Source of the DNA: Desulfomicrobium sp.
GTDB lineage: Bacteria > Desulfobacterota > Desulfovibrionia > Desulfovibrionales > Desulfomicrobiaceae
Length of the DNA: 64,000 nucleotides
Assembly (NCBI GenBank): GCA_040768745.1
Contig: JAXGMI010000001.1
Location: 32,001-96,000 of the forward strand
Direction: 5' to 3'
In this document: positions 10,374 through 20,566 of the stretch, in pieces
Layout of the letters: every line of letters starts with the position of its first letter
Numbering within the stretch: the first letter of the stretch is position 1
Notes under the pieces: generated by a model
Told to the model about the DNA's origin: nothing
What the model saw: only the letters and a program-made list of their open reading frames with translations
Database searches by the model: none
Made by a program: the position numbers and the translations under genes

Positions 10374-11486
10374 ATGAAAAGACTGCGCCGCATCATCGCC
10401 CTGACCCGCAAGGAACTGCAGATGCTTCTGGCCGAACCCCAAAGCCGCGTGCTGGTCGTCATGCCCGTCGTCCTGCAGGTTCTGCTGTTTCCCCTGGCCG
10501 TGACCCTCGAAGTGAAGAACAATTCCCTTGCCGTGCTCAACGAAGACGGAGGGGCGGCCTCCCTCGAGCTGGAGCAGCGCTTTGCCCAGACCATGGCCTT
10601 CAGCCAAGTCATCCACCTCTCCGGGGCTGAACAGATCGACGAGGTGCTGGATGCCCAGCAGGCCATCGCCGTGGTCCGTTTCGGGCAGGACTTCACCCGC
10701 CAGCTGGTCCAGGGGGCCCCTGTTTCGCTGCAGCTTCTCCTCGACGGACGCCGCTCCAACAGCAGTCAGATCGCCGCCAGCTACATCCAGGACATTGCCA
10801 TGGCCTACTTCAACGAGCAGGCCGCGCTTGCGGCAGTCCAATCCTCCTCGCAGCTCGAAATCCGCCACCGCTACAACCCGAATCTCGACTACAAATGGTT
10901 CGTCCTCCCCTCCCTGGTGGCCATCATCCTGACCGTCAGCGCCCTCATCCTCACCGCCTTGTCCGTGGCCAGGGAACGCGAACAGGGCACGTTCGACCAG
11001 CTGCTTGTCTCGCCGCTGACCCTGGAGATGATCATGATCGGCAAGGCCGCATCGGTCCTGCTGGTCGGTCTTTTCCAGGCCAGCATCATCATCGGGGCCG
11101 CGATGTTTGTGTACAAGGTTCCGATCTCCGGCTCCCTGGCCCTCATCTACGCCAGCGCAGTACTCTATTTTTTTGCCCTGGTCGGCGTGGGCCTGTTCAT
11201 CAGCGCTCTCTGCTCGACCCAGCAACAGGCCTTTCTCGGGGCATTTTCGTTCATCATGCCGGGCATTCTCCTTTCCGGCTTTGCTTCACCAGTGGAAAAC
11301 ATGCCACAGTGGCTGCAAGCAGCAACCTGGTGCAATCCCATCCGCCACTACATTTTCATTGTGAAAAGCATTTATCTGAAAAATATTTCCGCCGGCATTG
11401 TGCTTGAAAGCTGTGTGCCTCTGGTCGTCATAGCAATGGTCACCTTGAGCGTCGCGGTGCTGATTTTCCGACGCAAATTCGGGTAG
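10374..11486 (+). CDS. ybhR: ABC-2 permease (YbhR-like)
   Basis: Starts MKRLRRIIALTRKEL at ATG 10374; DGRRSNS and SVAREREQGTFDQLLVSPL. The 756-aa track ORF is over-extended at its 5' end. Confidence 0.87.
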   Translation: MKRLRRIIALTRKELQMLLAEPQSRVLVVMPVVLQVLLFPLAVTLEVKNNSLAVLNEDGGAASLELEQRFAQTMAFSQVIHLSGAEQIDEVLDAQQAIAVVRFGQDFTRQLVQGAPVSLQLLLDGRRSNSSQIAASYIQDIAMAYFNEQAALAAVQSSSQLEIRHRYNPNLDYKWFVLPSLVAIILTVSALILTALSVAREREQGTFDQLLVSPLTLEMIMIGKAASVLLVGLFQASIIIGAAMFVYKVPISGSLALIYASAVLYFFALVGVGLFISALCSTQQQAFLGAFSFIMPGILLSGFASPVENMPQWLQAATWCNPIRHYIFIVKSIYLKNISAGIVLESCVPLVVIAMVTLSVAVLIFRRKFG

Positions 11487-11591
11487 GAAAAATGATCGTG
11501 ATCCCATCGCACCGCAGGCAGTGTAAAATCCAGGGAACCGCGACCCTGGGCACTCAACCTGAGCCAGAAGAACTGTTCTGCAGGCGGCAAT

Positions 11592-12347
11592 TCACGATTC
11601 AGGGGAGTCCTTCGGGTTCTTTTCCTCCAGCATGCGGACGATTTCGTCTTCACCCAGGGGCGCGGCGTGCTTGACTTCGAGACTTCTGGACCATTCCCTG
11701 GCGAAATCCATTTGCAGGTACATGTTCAGGCCCATGGTGACGAGCATGGCCATGAACGCGCCGAGACTGGCCAGGGCCATGTCCTTGTGCGCGTCCCAGA
11801 CATCGCCCTGAGTGCCCAGATAGGCGGCTCCGAGATCGCCGCCAAAGACTTCCGCAGCGGCCCATTCGAACAGTTCATACAGCATGGATGTGGACATGGC
11901 GAAATCAAGCGGGAGGAAATAGCCCCAGAAACCGCCTGCATTGGCTATGCGAAAATAGATTTCCCGAATGGGATACGCCAGGAGAAGACCGTACAAGAAA
12001 TGAACAATCCGGTCGAAATTGTTCCTTTCCCAGCCAATGAGCGCGTTGAATGTCGTGCCGAAGACTGATGAAAACCATGTGTCGTATGGGACTAATGAAT
12101 AGGTATAATGAGAACCGATTTCATGAATGGCCAGAAAGATGAAAATCAGCGTATACGAAATCCTGGAAAATGGAAATTTTTTGGCTGACAAGAAAAGGAA
12201 GACAAAAAAAACGAGCACAAGAAAATTCTCCAGGGCCCAGTCTTTCCGGTCGTGGGGATGAACGGCAAGAATCATGAACTCGATGCAGAACAGTGATGTA
12301 AGAATTAAAAAATATTTCTGATGGGAAACATTCTTGATCCATTTCAT
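11592..12347 (-). CDS. DUF2238 (YjdF-like) membrane protein
   Basis: DWALEN, GSHYTYSLVP, RNNFDRIVHF and YLGTQGDVWDAHKDM motifs. Confidence 0.85.
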   Translation of the reverse strand: MKWIKNVSHQKYFLILTSLFCIEFMILAVHPHDRKDWALENFLVLVFFVFLFLSAKKFPFSRISYTLIFIFLAIHEIGSHYTYSLVPYDTWFSSVFGTTFNALIGWERNNFDRIVHFLYGLLLAYPIREIYFRIANAGGFWGYFLPLDFAMSTSMLYELFEWAAAEVFGGDLGAAYLGTQGDVWDAHKDMALASLGAFMAMLVTMGLNMYLQMDFAREWSRSLEVKHAAPLGEDEIVRMLEEKNPKDSPES

Positions 12348-13109
12348 GGCGGCACCTGCATGTACTTTGAGAAAAGGAGATTAATCCGTTGAGGACATGG
12401 AATACGACTTGGGCCATGCATACACAGAAATCCGAACAAGAGCAACGCAACCATGCAACGCGAAAATGACAGGAACCGTGAAATGCACGCGCAGCGGTTT
12501 TCGGGCTGGATCCGCAAAGCACGAACACATGCTGAAACTCAGATGCGGACAAAAGCTTCAGGACTGCCACCTGCAGCAGTACCGCAGCAATGGTTCTTTT
12601 GTGAAAACCACGTTTTCCGGGAACAAAATTTCGATCCCCACAAGAGATTGTGATGCTGCAATGAAAAATTATTCCAGCGCAGGAAGGAGAACTCATTGCG
12701 GCTCGGAGTCTGTTCGATCTGTGGACGATCCATGACGCTCATTGCTGAAAAAGAAGTGACATGATCAACGCCGGATGAAGTTCAGGCGTGCAGACCTGCG
12801 GTGCATCGTGGACACCTTTGGCGCATTGTCCATGCATGATGCTGCCGGCTTCACGGTGAACTTCTCCAAAGGTCTGGACTGTGTTCATCGAATTCAAAAA
12901 GCCGATCAATGCGTGCCAATGAAGTGACTGGTGGCGCTGACGAGGTCGTAACACACAATTTTTTCCGCAGTTCGGGAATTACTTTGTGCACAGTGTTTTC
13001 ACATCAATACTTCTTGCATTGACATTGAGTTTAATGATATGAAAAAAAACAATTGCCAAATAAATGCAGGCTGTTTGGATGAAGACAAAATCGCTGGAGA
13101 TTTAATACA

Positions 13110-14159
13110 GTGAAAAAATTAGGTTTTTTTTCCAAAAAAAATTCCGGTATTGGGCTTGATCTCGGGAGTGAATGGCTGAAATTTGTAAAAATCCGGCCGG
13201 AAAGAGAATCGTGCGCCCTCGAAAGTCTGGCCCGCTGTCCATGGCAGCCTGGAGATTTGGACAACAATACAGCCACCGCAAAAAAAATTACGGGCCTGTG
13301 GTCCCAACTCTCAATAAAAGAGCGTATGATTGTTTCATCCATGGCTGGCCATGCAGTGATCGTCAAACGCGTCACCTTCGAGTCCGAATCCACCAAGACA
13401 TTGCCCGATACAGTGCTGAAGGATGCGCGGCAATACATCCCCTTCGACATCAACGACGTCTATCTGGATTATCAGGTCCTAGGGCCTGGCCAGAAAGAAA
13501 AAAGCTATGATGTCCTGCTGGTTGCAAGCAAGAAAAAGGTTGTCCAGAATCTGACTGATGTCACGGCTCAGGCGGGCCTGTCCCTCGCTGTCATCGATGT
13601 CGATTCCTTCGCCATATGCAACAGCTTTGAATACAACTATCCAGACATGAAGAAGCCTGCATACCTCCTTGACATCGGTGGCACCCAGAGCGCCTTCTGC
13701 ATCTACCATAACGGTCAGCCCGTCTTTCTGCGCGAGGTCTCCTTTGGTGGACGGGCCATCACTGACTCCATCGGATCCGTTCTGAACCTCAAGAGACTGG
13801 ATGCGGAACGGATCAAATTGAATGGCAAGGAAGACATGGATGACGTCACGCACAAAGGCGTTGCCGACGCCATCCAAAAAACGTTGAAGAGCTGGTGCGA
13901 GGAGTTGAGGCGATTGATCGGGTTCTACCAGTCATCCTCCATCAACGTTGTTCCGGCTGAATCCCTGTACCTGTCAGGAGGGGGAGCGCTCCTTGCCGAT
14001 CTGCGCGACACATTCACAAAAGAGCTCAATCTGGACGTCCAGTATCACGATCCGTTCCGCAGGGTTCAGGTTTCTGACGGGGAGTTTCAGAAGGAATATC
14101 TCAAGCAAATCGGTCCTCAGATGGTTGTTCCGTTCGGACTAGCGTTGCGAGCCCTCTAA
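13110..14159 (+). CDS. pilM: Type IV pilus assembly protein PilM
   Basis: IGLDLG, QYIPFDINDVYLDY, LDIGG and LSGGG actin-like motifs; GTG start. Confidence 0.93.
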   Translation: MKKLGFFSKKNSGIGLDLGSEWLKFVKIRPERESCALESLARCPWQPGDLDNNTATAKKITGLWSQLSIKERMIVSSMAGHAVIVKRVTFESESTKTLPDTVLKDARQYIPFDINDVYLDYQVLGPGQKEKSYDVLLVASKKKVVQNLTDVTAQAGLSLAVIDVDSFAICNSFEYNYPDMKKPAYLLDIGGTQSAFCIYHNGQPVFLREVSFGGRAITDSIGSVLNLKRLDAERIKLNGKEDMDDVTHKGVADAIQKTLKSWCEELRRLIGFYQSSSINVVPAESLYLSGGGALLADLRDTFTKELNLDVQYHDPFRRVQVSDGEFQKEYLKQIGPQMVVPFGLALRAL

Positions 14160-14174
14160 TATCCGGATGCATGT

Positions 14175-14759
14175 ATGATTAAAATTAACTTACTTCCTCA
14201 GCAGAAACGCACAAAGGACGTCAGTGTTGAAAAAGACATCCTTGTATTTCTCCTCGGGCTGCTGCTGCTCGGCGCCGCTGTGTACGGAGTTGACTTCTAC
14301 TTCAATTCCAAAATAGCCGACCTGACTGCGGCGGTGAACGAGAAAACAAAAATCAAGGCCAGTCTGGAAGAGAAGGTTGCCAGGGTGAACGCGGTCCTGG
14401 CCGAAATCAAGGAGATAGAAACGCGCATCAAGGTCATCAAGGATGTCCGTCTCCGCCAGGGCCTGCCGGTCAGATACATTGACGAACTCGTGGTCAATAT
14501 CCCCCAGAACAAGATGTGGATCGAGACGTTTACCCTGGGCGGCAGTGGCCAGATTTCACTCAGCGGCGTGGCCTTGGACAACCAGGCTTTTGCGACCTAC
14601 GTCGAGAAGTTGCGCACGTCCAGGTACATCGCCAGCGTCGATACGCAGCGGACTTCCAGAAGAATGATAGACGGACTTGGCTTGGTGTCCTTCCAGTGTA
14701 CTGTCAAGGCCAAGGAATATTTTGAAAACCTCGATGTGAACGGAACGATCCATGGATAA
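14175..14759 (+). CDS. pilN: Type IV pilus assembly protein PilN
   Basis: N-terminal INLLP motif, TM segment and coiled coil. Confidence 0.92.
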   Translation: MIKINLLPQQKRTKDVSVEKDILVFLLGLLLLGAAVYGVDFYFNSKIADLTAAVNEKTKIKASLEEKVARVNAVLAEIKEIETRIKVIKDVRLRQGLPVRYIDELVVNIPQNKMWIETFTLGGSGQISLSGVALDNQAFATYVEKLRTSRYIASVDTQRTSRRMIDGLGLVSFQCTVKAKEYFENLDVNGTIHG

Positions 14760-15375
14760 AAATTCGGTTTTCAAAAGATTTGGCGAATTGTCCGCGCTCC
14801 GGAAGTGGGTCCTTTTCCTGGTTCTGGCCGCCCTGGTCAGCGGGGCCTACTGGTACTTCCTTCTGGACGACAAACTCAACAAGATCAACCAGCTCACCCA
14901 GAAGGTGGAACAACTGGACAAGGATATCGCCCTGTATCGGGTCCAGGTCGCCAAGCTGCCCGAGCTTGAACAGAATCTCGAGGCGCAGAAAAAAGAACTC
15001 TACTACGCCAAGACGCTCCTGCCCGAGGATGCCCGGGCCCTGGAGATGCTTCTGTCCTCCTTCGAGAAATTGGGCCGTGACGAGAATGTCGAATTCAGGC
15101 TTTTCCAGCCCGGCGCGGAGCAGCAGCACGAATTCTACGCCACGCGCAACGTGCAGCTCCAGATCAGCGGGACATTCCACAGCCTCGTCACCTATTTCGA
15201 CCGTCTGACCCGGCTGGACCGTTTGGTCAGCATCAATGACATCACCTTTTCGCCTGTGTCGGACTTTTCGCCGACGGAAAAATACCTGAACGCAAATCTT
15301 GTTTTGAAGGTCTACAGGGCGTTGACAGAGGCTGAGCTGAAGGCTCGCGAAGAGCAAAAAAAGACAAAGAAGTGA
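14752..15375 (+). CDS. pilO: Type IV pilus assembly protein PilO
   Basis: TM segment, coiled coil, LLP...EFY...GTFH...RLV pattern, and operon position. Confidence 0.9.
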   Translation: MDKNSVFKRFGELSALRKWVLFLVLAALVSGAYWYFLLDDKLNKINQLTQKVEQLDKDIALYRVQVAKLPELEQNLEAQKKELYYAKTLLPEDARALEMLLSSFEKLGRDENVEFRLFQPGAEQQHEFYATRNVQLQISGTFHSLVTYFDRLTRLDRLVSINDITFSPVSDFSPTEKYLNANLVLKVYRALTEAELKAREEQKKTKK

Positions 15376-15873
15376 ATGCAGGCCATGAAACGAGTACTCT
15401 TGATTCAAGCTTTTATGCTGTTGATGTGCACGTCGGCCTTCGCTGGCAATGCGACTGGTTCCACTTCCGGACAGCTTCCGGTCTGGATCACGTCCCAGAA
15501 TCCCCCCTACGATCCGACAGGCAAGCCGGATCCCTTCGTCTCCTTCGTCAAAATTCGAGAGTACGAAATCATGCAGGCCGCCAAGAAGGCCAAACTGCAA
15601 AAAAGGGCCTCCACTCCCCTTGAAACGGTGGATGTGCATACCTTAAAGCTTATTGGCATCATCAACAAGGACAGGGGAAATTCCCTGGCCATGGTGGAGC
15701 TTCCCGACGGGAAGGGATACCTGATCCGCCCGGGCATGACCGTTGGCCTCTATGATGGCGTGGTCACGTCAATCGAGAAAGAAATGATGGTCGTTGAAGA
15801 AGACATCATTGATGTTTTTGGTGAACCGAAAAAAAGAACAATCAATTTACGGTTGCGGCAAGAGAAGGAGTAG
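15376..15873 (+). CDS. pilP: Type IV pilus assembly protein PilP
   Basis: YDPTGKPDPF, PLE, LKLIGI and DGKGY motifs, and operon position. Confidence 0.88.
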   Translation: MQAMKRVLLIQAFMLLMCTSAFAGNATGSTSGQLPVWITSQNPPYDPTGKPDPFVSFVKIREYEIMQAAKKAKLQKRASTPLETVDVHTLKLIGIINKDRGNSLAMVELPDGKGYLIRPGMTVGLYDGVVTSIEKEMMVVEEDIIDVFGEPKKRTINLRLRQEKE

Positions 15874-15879
15874 CGGGCT

Positions 15880-18003
15880 ATGAAGATTCTCAAAGCGATA
15901 TCGGGATTCCTACTGTTGAGCTTCGTTGTTGCGCTGTCTTCATGCGCGACACACACTCAGCCTGTTGCCGGCGATGCAGGAGTCCTGCCTCAACCCACCG
16001 CGTCCCAGCCCGCATCGCTGTCCCTGAGCGAAACCCTGGGAAAGACGATCATCGACATTCCGGTGGATACCGCAGCGCAGATCTATGCGGATTATGGCTC
16101 ATCCCAGAACATCGTCGTCTTTTTCACCCCTGCCGTTGCGGATTTCGACGTGCCCCTGAACGAAACGTCCCTGGTCCGGCAGATCACCAAGGATATGGAC
16201 GGGAACAAGGTCAAGTCCCTTTCCATCGCCCTGAATGCCAAAAGCAAATTCCTCCTTTCCAAGCAGAACGACACCCTGGGCAGGCTGATGCTCGTTTCCG
16301 ACAACATCCCCGCCCCGCAACTTCCCTCGAACTCCATCAGCGGCCTGAACTTCCAGCCCAAGGGCGGTGCGCTGCAGGTCGTCACCTACTCCAGTCTTCC
16401 CTTTGAGGTGACCCCGGAACAGGGCGACAATTTCAGGCTCGTCTTCCACAAGGCCCGCTTCCAGGACAAACTGCTCAAGAAATACGACCTCACCCGTCTT
16501 GGCTCCGCAGTGGAAAATGTCAGCGCCCACAACGACGAGAGCGGCAATGCGTTTCTCCTTTTCTCCGGACCGAAAAGCCCTGCCCTTTCCGTTGCGCGCA
16601 AGGGGGACGAGACCACCATCCTGCTCAAGACGGGCATGCCTGCGCGACAGCCTGCCGGCGTCGCCACCCCGCAGAAAAAACTGGTCCCCATGGCCCAGGT
16701 GGACGCCGACCAGGACAACGAAATCCCTGAACTGAACACCCTCTTTCCGGGCATGAAGTCCAACTACACAGGTGAAAGAATATCCATCGACCTGCAGGAC
16801 GCCGACATCGAGCACGTCCTGCGCCTCATATCGGAAATCAGCGGCTACAATTTGATTCTCGATGATGAAATCTCGGGCAAGATTTCCCTGAAGCTGGTCG
16901 ATATCCCCTGGGATCAGGCCCTGGACCTCGTTCTCCTGCAGAAGAACCTGGGCATGGTCATGAAGGGCAACATCCTGCGCGTTTCCACCGCAGCCAAGCT
17001 CGAAGCGGAACGGGCCCAGATCCAGAAGGCCCGCGAGGCGGCGATCCAGGCCCAGGTCAGCATGCAGAATCTGGCTCCGCTGAAGACGGAATACATCCAG
17101 ATCAACTACAACACCGCAGCCGAGTTCGAAGGCAAGGTCAAATCCCTGCTCACGCCCCGGGGCGCTGTGACGTCCGATCCGCGCACCAACATGCTCATTG
17201 TCAACGATACGGAAGAATCCCTGCGCCGGGTGAACAGCTTCATCAAGAAGCTGGACCGGGCCGAACGCCAGGTCATGATCGAAGCCCGCCTGGTCTACGC
17301 CACCGACGAATTCCAGCGCAGCCTGGGCGTGAAATGGGGCACTCAATACAACCCCTACTACAGATACGATGCAAACAATCCGAATCCACGCGATTACTGG
17401 ACGGGCGTCGGAGATAGTAGTACGGGTCTCGCCTTCAGCAGCACAGGCCTCAATGCCATTAACACCGTCAACGGCATCACCCTTGGAGGCACCATTGGGA
17501 AGTGGTTCGGTGAAGACCTGTTCATCCTGGACGCCTCCCTGCAGCTTGGCGAACAGAAAAACCTGGTCAAAACCATATCCTCGCCCAGGGTCCTGACCTT
17601 GAACAACAACCGCGCCGAGATCTCCCAGGGCACCAAGCTGGCCACGGCCACGGAATCGGAAAGCGGTGGCACCACCACCGAGTACGAAGAGGCCGTGCTG
17701 AAGATTTCTGTCCTGCCGCAGATCACCCCTGACAACAAGCTGATCCTGGATCTGGAGATCAACGACGACAGCCCCAAGAGCGACGGCCGGGACATCGACA
17801 CGAAGCAGACCAAGACCAAGATGATGGTCAACGACCGGGAAACCATCGTCATCGGCGGCGTGCAGAAGACCACGGACACCAAGGGAACGAATCAGATTCC
17901 AGGGCTCGGGGACGTGCCGGGTCTGGGCTGGCTGTTCAAGAACACCTACGATTCCAAGGCCAAGGCCGAGCTCCTGATCTTCATCCAGCCGCGCATCATT
18001 TAA
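15880..18003 (+). CDS. pilQ: Type IV pilus secretin PilQ
   Basis: Lipoprotein-like signal, YTGERISIDLQDADI, PWDQALD, QVMIEAR and IPGLGDVPGLGWLFK. Confidence 0.95.
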   Translation: MKILKAISGFLLLSFVVALSSCATHTQPVAGDAGVLPQPTASQPASLSLSETLGKTIIDIPVDTAAQIYADYGSSQNIVVFFTPAVADFDVPLNETSLVRQITKDMDGNKVKSLSIALNAKSKFLLSKQNDTLGRLMLVSDNIPAPQLPSNSISGLNFQPKGGALQVVTYSSLPFEVTPEQGDNFRLVFHKARFQDKLLKKYDLTRLGSAVENVSAHNDESGNAFLLFSGPKSPALSVARKGDETTILLKTGMPARQPAGVATPQKKLVPMAQVDADQDNEIPELNTLFPGMKSNYTGERISIDLQDADIEHVLRLISEISGYNLILDDEISGKISLKLVDIPWDQALDLVLLQKNLGMVMKGNILRVSTAAKLEAERAQIQKAREAAIQAQVSMQNLAPLKTEYIQINYNTAAEFEGKVKSLLTPRGAVTSDPRTNMLIVNDTEESLRRVNSFIKKLDRAERQVMIEARLVYATDEFQRSLGVKWGTQYNPYYRYDANNPNPRDYWTGVGDSSTGLAFSSTGLNAINTVNGITLGGTIGKWFGEDLFILDASLQLGEQKNLVKTISSPRVLTLNNNRAEISQGTKLATATESESGGTTTEYEEAVLKISVLPQITPDNKLILDLEINDDSPKSDGRDIDTKQTKTKMMVNDRETIVIGGVQKTTDTKGTNQIPGLGDVPGLGWLFKNTYDSKAKAELLIFIQPRII

Positions 18004-18049
18004 CGCATTCCCCTTTTCCGGATTTGTTCCGCTTCAGACTTCAAAAAAC

Positions 18050-18096
18050 AACGAAACCGCCCTGGCAGGAGATGCTGCCAGGGCGGTTTCGTTTTG
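18050..18096 (+). terminator. Intrinsic terminator after pilQ
   Basis: 19-bp perfect stem AACGAAACCGCCCTGGCAG/CTGCCAGGGCGGTTTCGTT, with A and T runs on the flanks. Confidence 0.85.
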
Positions 18097-18202
18097 TCCG
18101 GCAAAATGCCAAATACTGTTCGTCCGATTTTTGGCGCCGACCCTTTCACGGCTTCCGGGCCCGTTTGGACCCTTGAAAAAAGGAGCCGCGAGCGAGATAC
18201 CA

Positions 18203-18254
18203 GTAAGCGCTCAGGCATCCGCATCTTCGTAAGCGCTCAGGCATCCGCATCTTC
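18203..18254. repeat. Perfect 26-bp tandem duplication of the IS66 terminal repeat
   Basis: GTAAGCGCTCAGGCATCCGCATCTTC occurs at 18203-18228 and 18229-18254. Confidence 0.97.
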
Positions 18255-18292
18255 CTGGGACGTGCCTGTGATGTGTGATATGAGCAGAAGTC

Positions 18293-19894
18293 TTACTTCT
18301 TGCGAGGCTTGGGCTTGGGAAGGCTTGGGAGAAGGGATTTGTCCACGTGCTGCGGCATGAGCGCCCGCATGTCTTCCGTGGTCCGTGCTGCGGGGAAGCG
18401 TTCGAAGAGGAATTTCAGGTAGGCTTGGGGCTCGATCTCGTTGGCCTTGGCGGTTTCCACCAGGGAAAAGAGCATGGCGCTGGCGTCAGCGCCCTTGGGG
18501 ACTCCGGCAAAGAGCCAGTTCTTCCGGCCCAGGGCCACGGGGCGGATGGCGTTCTCGGCCGTGTTGTTGTCGGGCGTGAGCAATCCGCAGTCCACGTAGC
18601 GCACGGCCCGGCTCCACTGGTTGCGGGCGTAGGTCATGGCCTGTCCGAGCAGGCTTTTGGGCGGGACGTGGTCGATGCGCTCGTCGAGGATGGCCCGTAT
18701 TGCGTTGAGGATGGGAACTGCTTGCTCCAAGCGCATTGGTACCTTTTCCTCCGGCTCCAGTTCTTTGATATTGTGCTCGACCTTGTAGAGCAGACCGATG
18801 AGATCCAGGATTTCCTTGGCCGTCCCGTGCGTGATCTTCTTTGAGGTCGCTTTCTGGACGTCCATGAACTTACGACGGATGTGGGCCATGCAACCGACAT
18901 GGATGATGCCGTCCGATTCGCCGAGAGCCTGGTACCCGGAGTAGCCGTCGGTCTGGATGTAGCCCTTGTACTCGCCCAGATACTCCTTGGGGACAGAGCC
19001 CGACCTGGTCGGGTCGTAGCAATAGACCACGGTCGGCCGATCTGGATTGCCGCCACGGAAGAGCCACAGATACGATGTGGAAGTATCGGATCGCCCTGGT
19101 TCGTTGAGTACTTGCAGTGTGGTTTCGTCCATGTTGATGACCGGGCCGGAGCGGATTTCCGCCTGGAACAGTTCATGGAGCGGCTCCAGCGCCTTGGCCA
19201 CGGCCATGGCCCATCCGGACATGGAATGACGCGGGATGTCCACGCCCAAGCGGGCAAACTGCTTGGTCTGGCGGTAGAACGGCATGGCATCGACGAACTT
19301 GGCGGTAATGACCTGGGCCAAGAGGCTCGGCGTGGCGATGCCCTTGGGGATGATCTGCGGCGGCATGGGTGCGATACGCACCACCGGCATACCCTCCTCT
19401 CCGTCGCAGGCCGGACAGGCGTACTTCGGGCGGATATGGCGTTCTACCCGCATGACGGCCGGGACGTAATCGAGCTTTTCGGAGACTTCTTCGCCGATGC
19501 GCTTCAGGCAGGCTCCGCAAGAGCAGAGTTTCTGGTCTTCGGGCAGATCGTGAACGACTTCGATGCGCGGCAGGTGATCCGGCAGAGGCTTGCGTCCCCG
19601 CTTGGCTCTGGTGTGGGCCGGGACTTCGACGACGGGCATTTCCGCAGGCTTCGCCTCTGCGATCCTAACCAAGGGCAGAGGTAGGATGCCTTGGTAGAGG
19701 TCTTTGGATTTCTCGGACTTGGGAGCATACAGGGCGGCCTGCAACAGGGCCACGCGATCCTGGAGATGGCGGTTTTGCTGGTAGTAATCCCAGACCAGAT
19801 GCTTGAGTTGCCCGATGTCATCGGGAAGGTTCTCGATGTCTCCCATGCAAGAATATTTAGCAATAATATCTTGAAATAGCAAGATATTTGTCAC
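18293..19894 (-). CDS. tnpC: IS66 transposase TnpC
   Basis: GRKPLP, zinc ribbon, MDET, QTDGY, CMAHIRRKF and DNNTAENAIRPVALGRKNWLF. Confidence 0.95.
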   Translation of the reverse strand: MTNILLFQDIIAKYSCMGDIENLPDDIGQLKHLVWDYYQQNRHLQDRVALLQAALYAPKSEKSKDLYQGILPLPLVRIAEAKPAEMPVVEVPAHTRAKRGRKPLPDHLPRIEVVHDLPEDQKLCSCGACLKRIGEEVSEKLDYVPAVMRVERHIRPKYACPACDGEEGMPVVRIAPMPPQIIPKGIATPSLLAQVITAKFVDAMPFYRQTKQFARLGVDIPRHSMSGWAMAVAKALEPLHELFQAEIRSGPVINMDETTLQVLNEPGRSDTSTSYLWLFRGGNPDRPTVVYCYDPTRSGSVPKEYLGEYKGYIQTDGYSGYQALGESDGIIHVGCMAHIRRKFMDVQKATSKKITHGTAKEILDLIGLLYKVEHNIKELEPEEKVPMRLEQAVPILNAIRAILDERIDHVPPKSLLGQAMTYARNQWSRAVRYVDCGLLTPDNNTAENAIRPVALGRKNWLFAGVPKGADASAMLFSLVETAKANEIEPQAYLKFLFERFPAARTTEDMRALMPQHVDKSLLPSLPKPKPRKK

Positions 19895-20244
19895 TATAGA
19901 ACCGATCTGTAGTACAACCGCTGATGTGCTCCTTGCGGCGTGAGCGTGAGTCCATCGAGGAGCCAGCCAAGCTGTTGCGGGGTGATATTCATGACCTCTG
20001 ACGCCCGCTCGGGCCAGCAGAATCGATGCTTCTCCAGGCGCTTGTGCCAGAGGCAGAAGCCGTTGCGATCCCAGTACAGCACCTTGATGGCGTCGCGCCT
20101 GCGGTTGCAGAAGACAAAGAGGTGTCCGGAAAAGGGGTCCAGATCGAGAATGCCCTGGGCCGTCATGCTCAGTCTGTCGATGCCGGCGCGCATGTCCGTG
20201 GTACCGGGGGCGAGATAGACCTTGGCCGCGGGCACCCTCAGCAT
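19894..20244 (-). CDS. tnpB: IS66 accessory protein TnpB
   Basis: TDMRAGIDRL, LFVFCNRRRD and WDRNGFCLWHKRLE. Confidence 0.95.
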   Translation of the reverse strand: MLRVPAAKVYLAPGTTDMRAGIDRLSMTAQGILDLDPFSGHLFVFCNRRRDAIKVLYWDRNGFCLWHKRLEKHRFCWPERASEVMNITPQQLGWLLDGLTLTPQGAHQRLYYRSVL

Positions 20245-20566
20245 CGGGCTTCCAGCACGGTCAGCAGCTTGGTCAGCGTGGCTTCGTCGAAGTCAGCCGG
20301 GATATCGAGAGCGTAACGATTGCCGACCAGTAGTCCGATGGAAGGAGACTTCAGGGCCAGGGTGAACGGGAGAGGGACGATTGCGGGCGGCAAGGCGGAT
20401 ACATCCACTGAAGCCGAGCGCGATTTTCGCAGCCAGTACCGGAATGAGCTGAAATTCAGGCCGTGCGCCTTATACAATACGCGGCCTTGCTTATGCCGCT
20501 GTGCCGCCACTGCTCAACATGAGCGAGCCATCGGGCAGCACGGTTCTGGCGGATGCGAGATTTCAT
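20238..20566 (-). pseudogene. tnpA: IS66 TnpA, frameshifted
   Basis: ATG 20566 with GGAGG RBS gives MKSRIRQNRAARWLAHVEQWRHSGISKAAYC, which continues in another frame as KAHGLNFSSFRYWLRK. The span is 329 nt (3n+2), with an extra TA at about 20471-20474. Confidence 0.85.

Noticed and set aside
12397..12735. 112-aa ORF or riboswitch upstream of pilM
   Set aside because: No recognisable protein motif, and no convincing c-di-GMP riboswitch consensus could be matched by eye.
12984..13004. Crp/Rex-like site upstream of pilM (TTGTGC...TTCACA)
   Set aside because: The half-site spacing does not fit either consensus.
18203..18254. CRISPR-like repeat
   Set aside because: Two adjacent copies with no spacer, identical to the IS66 end, and no cas genes.
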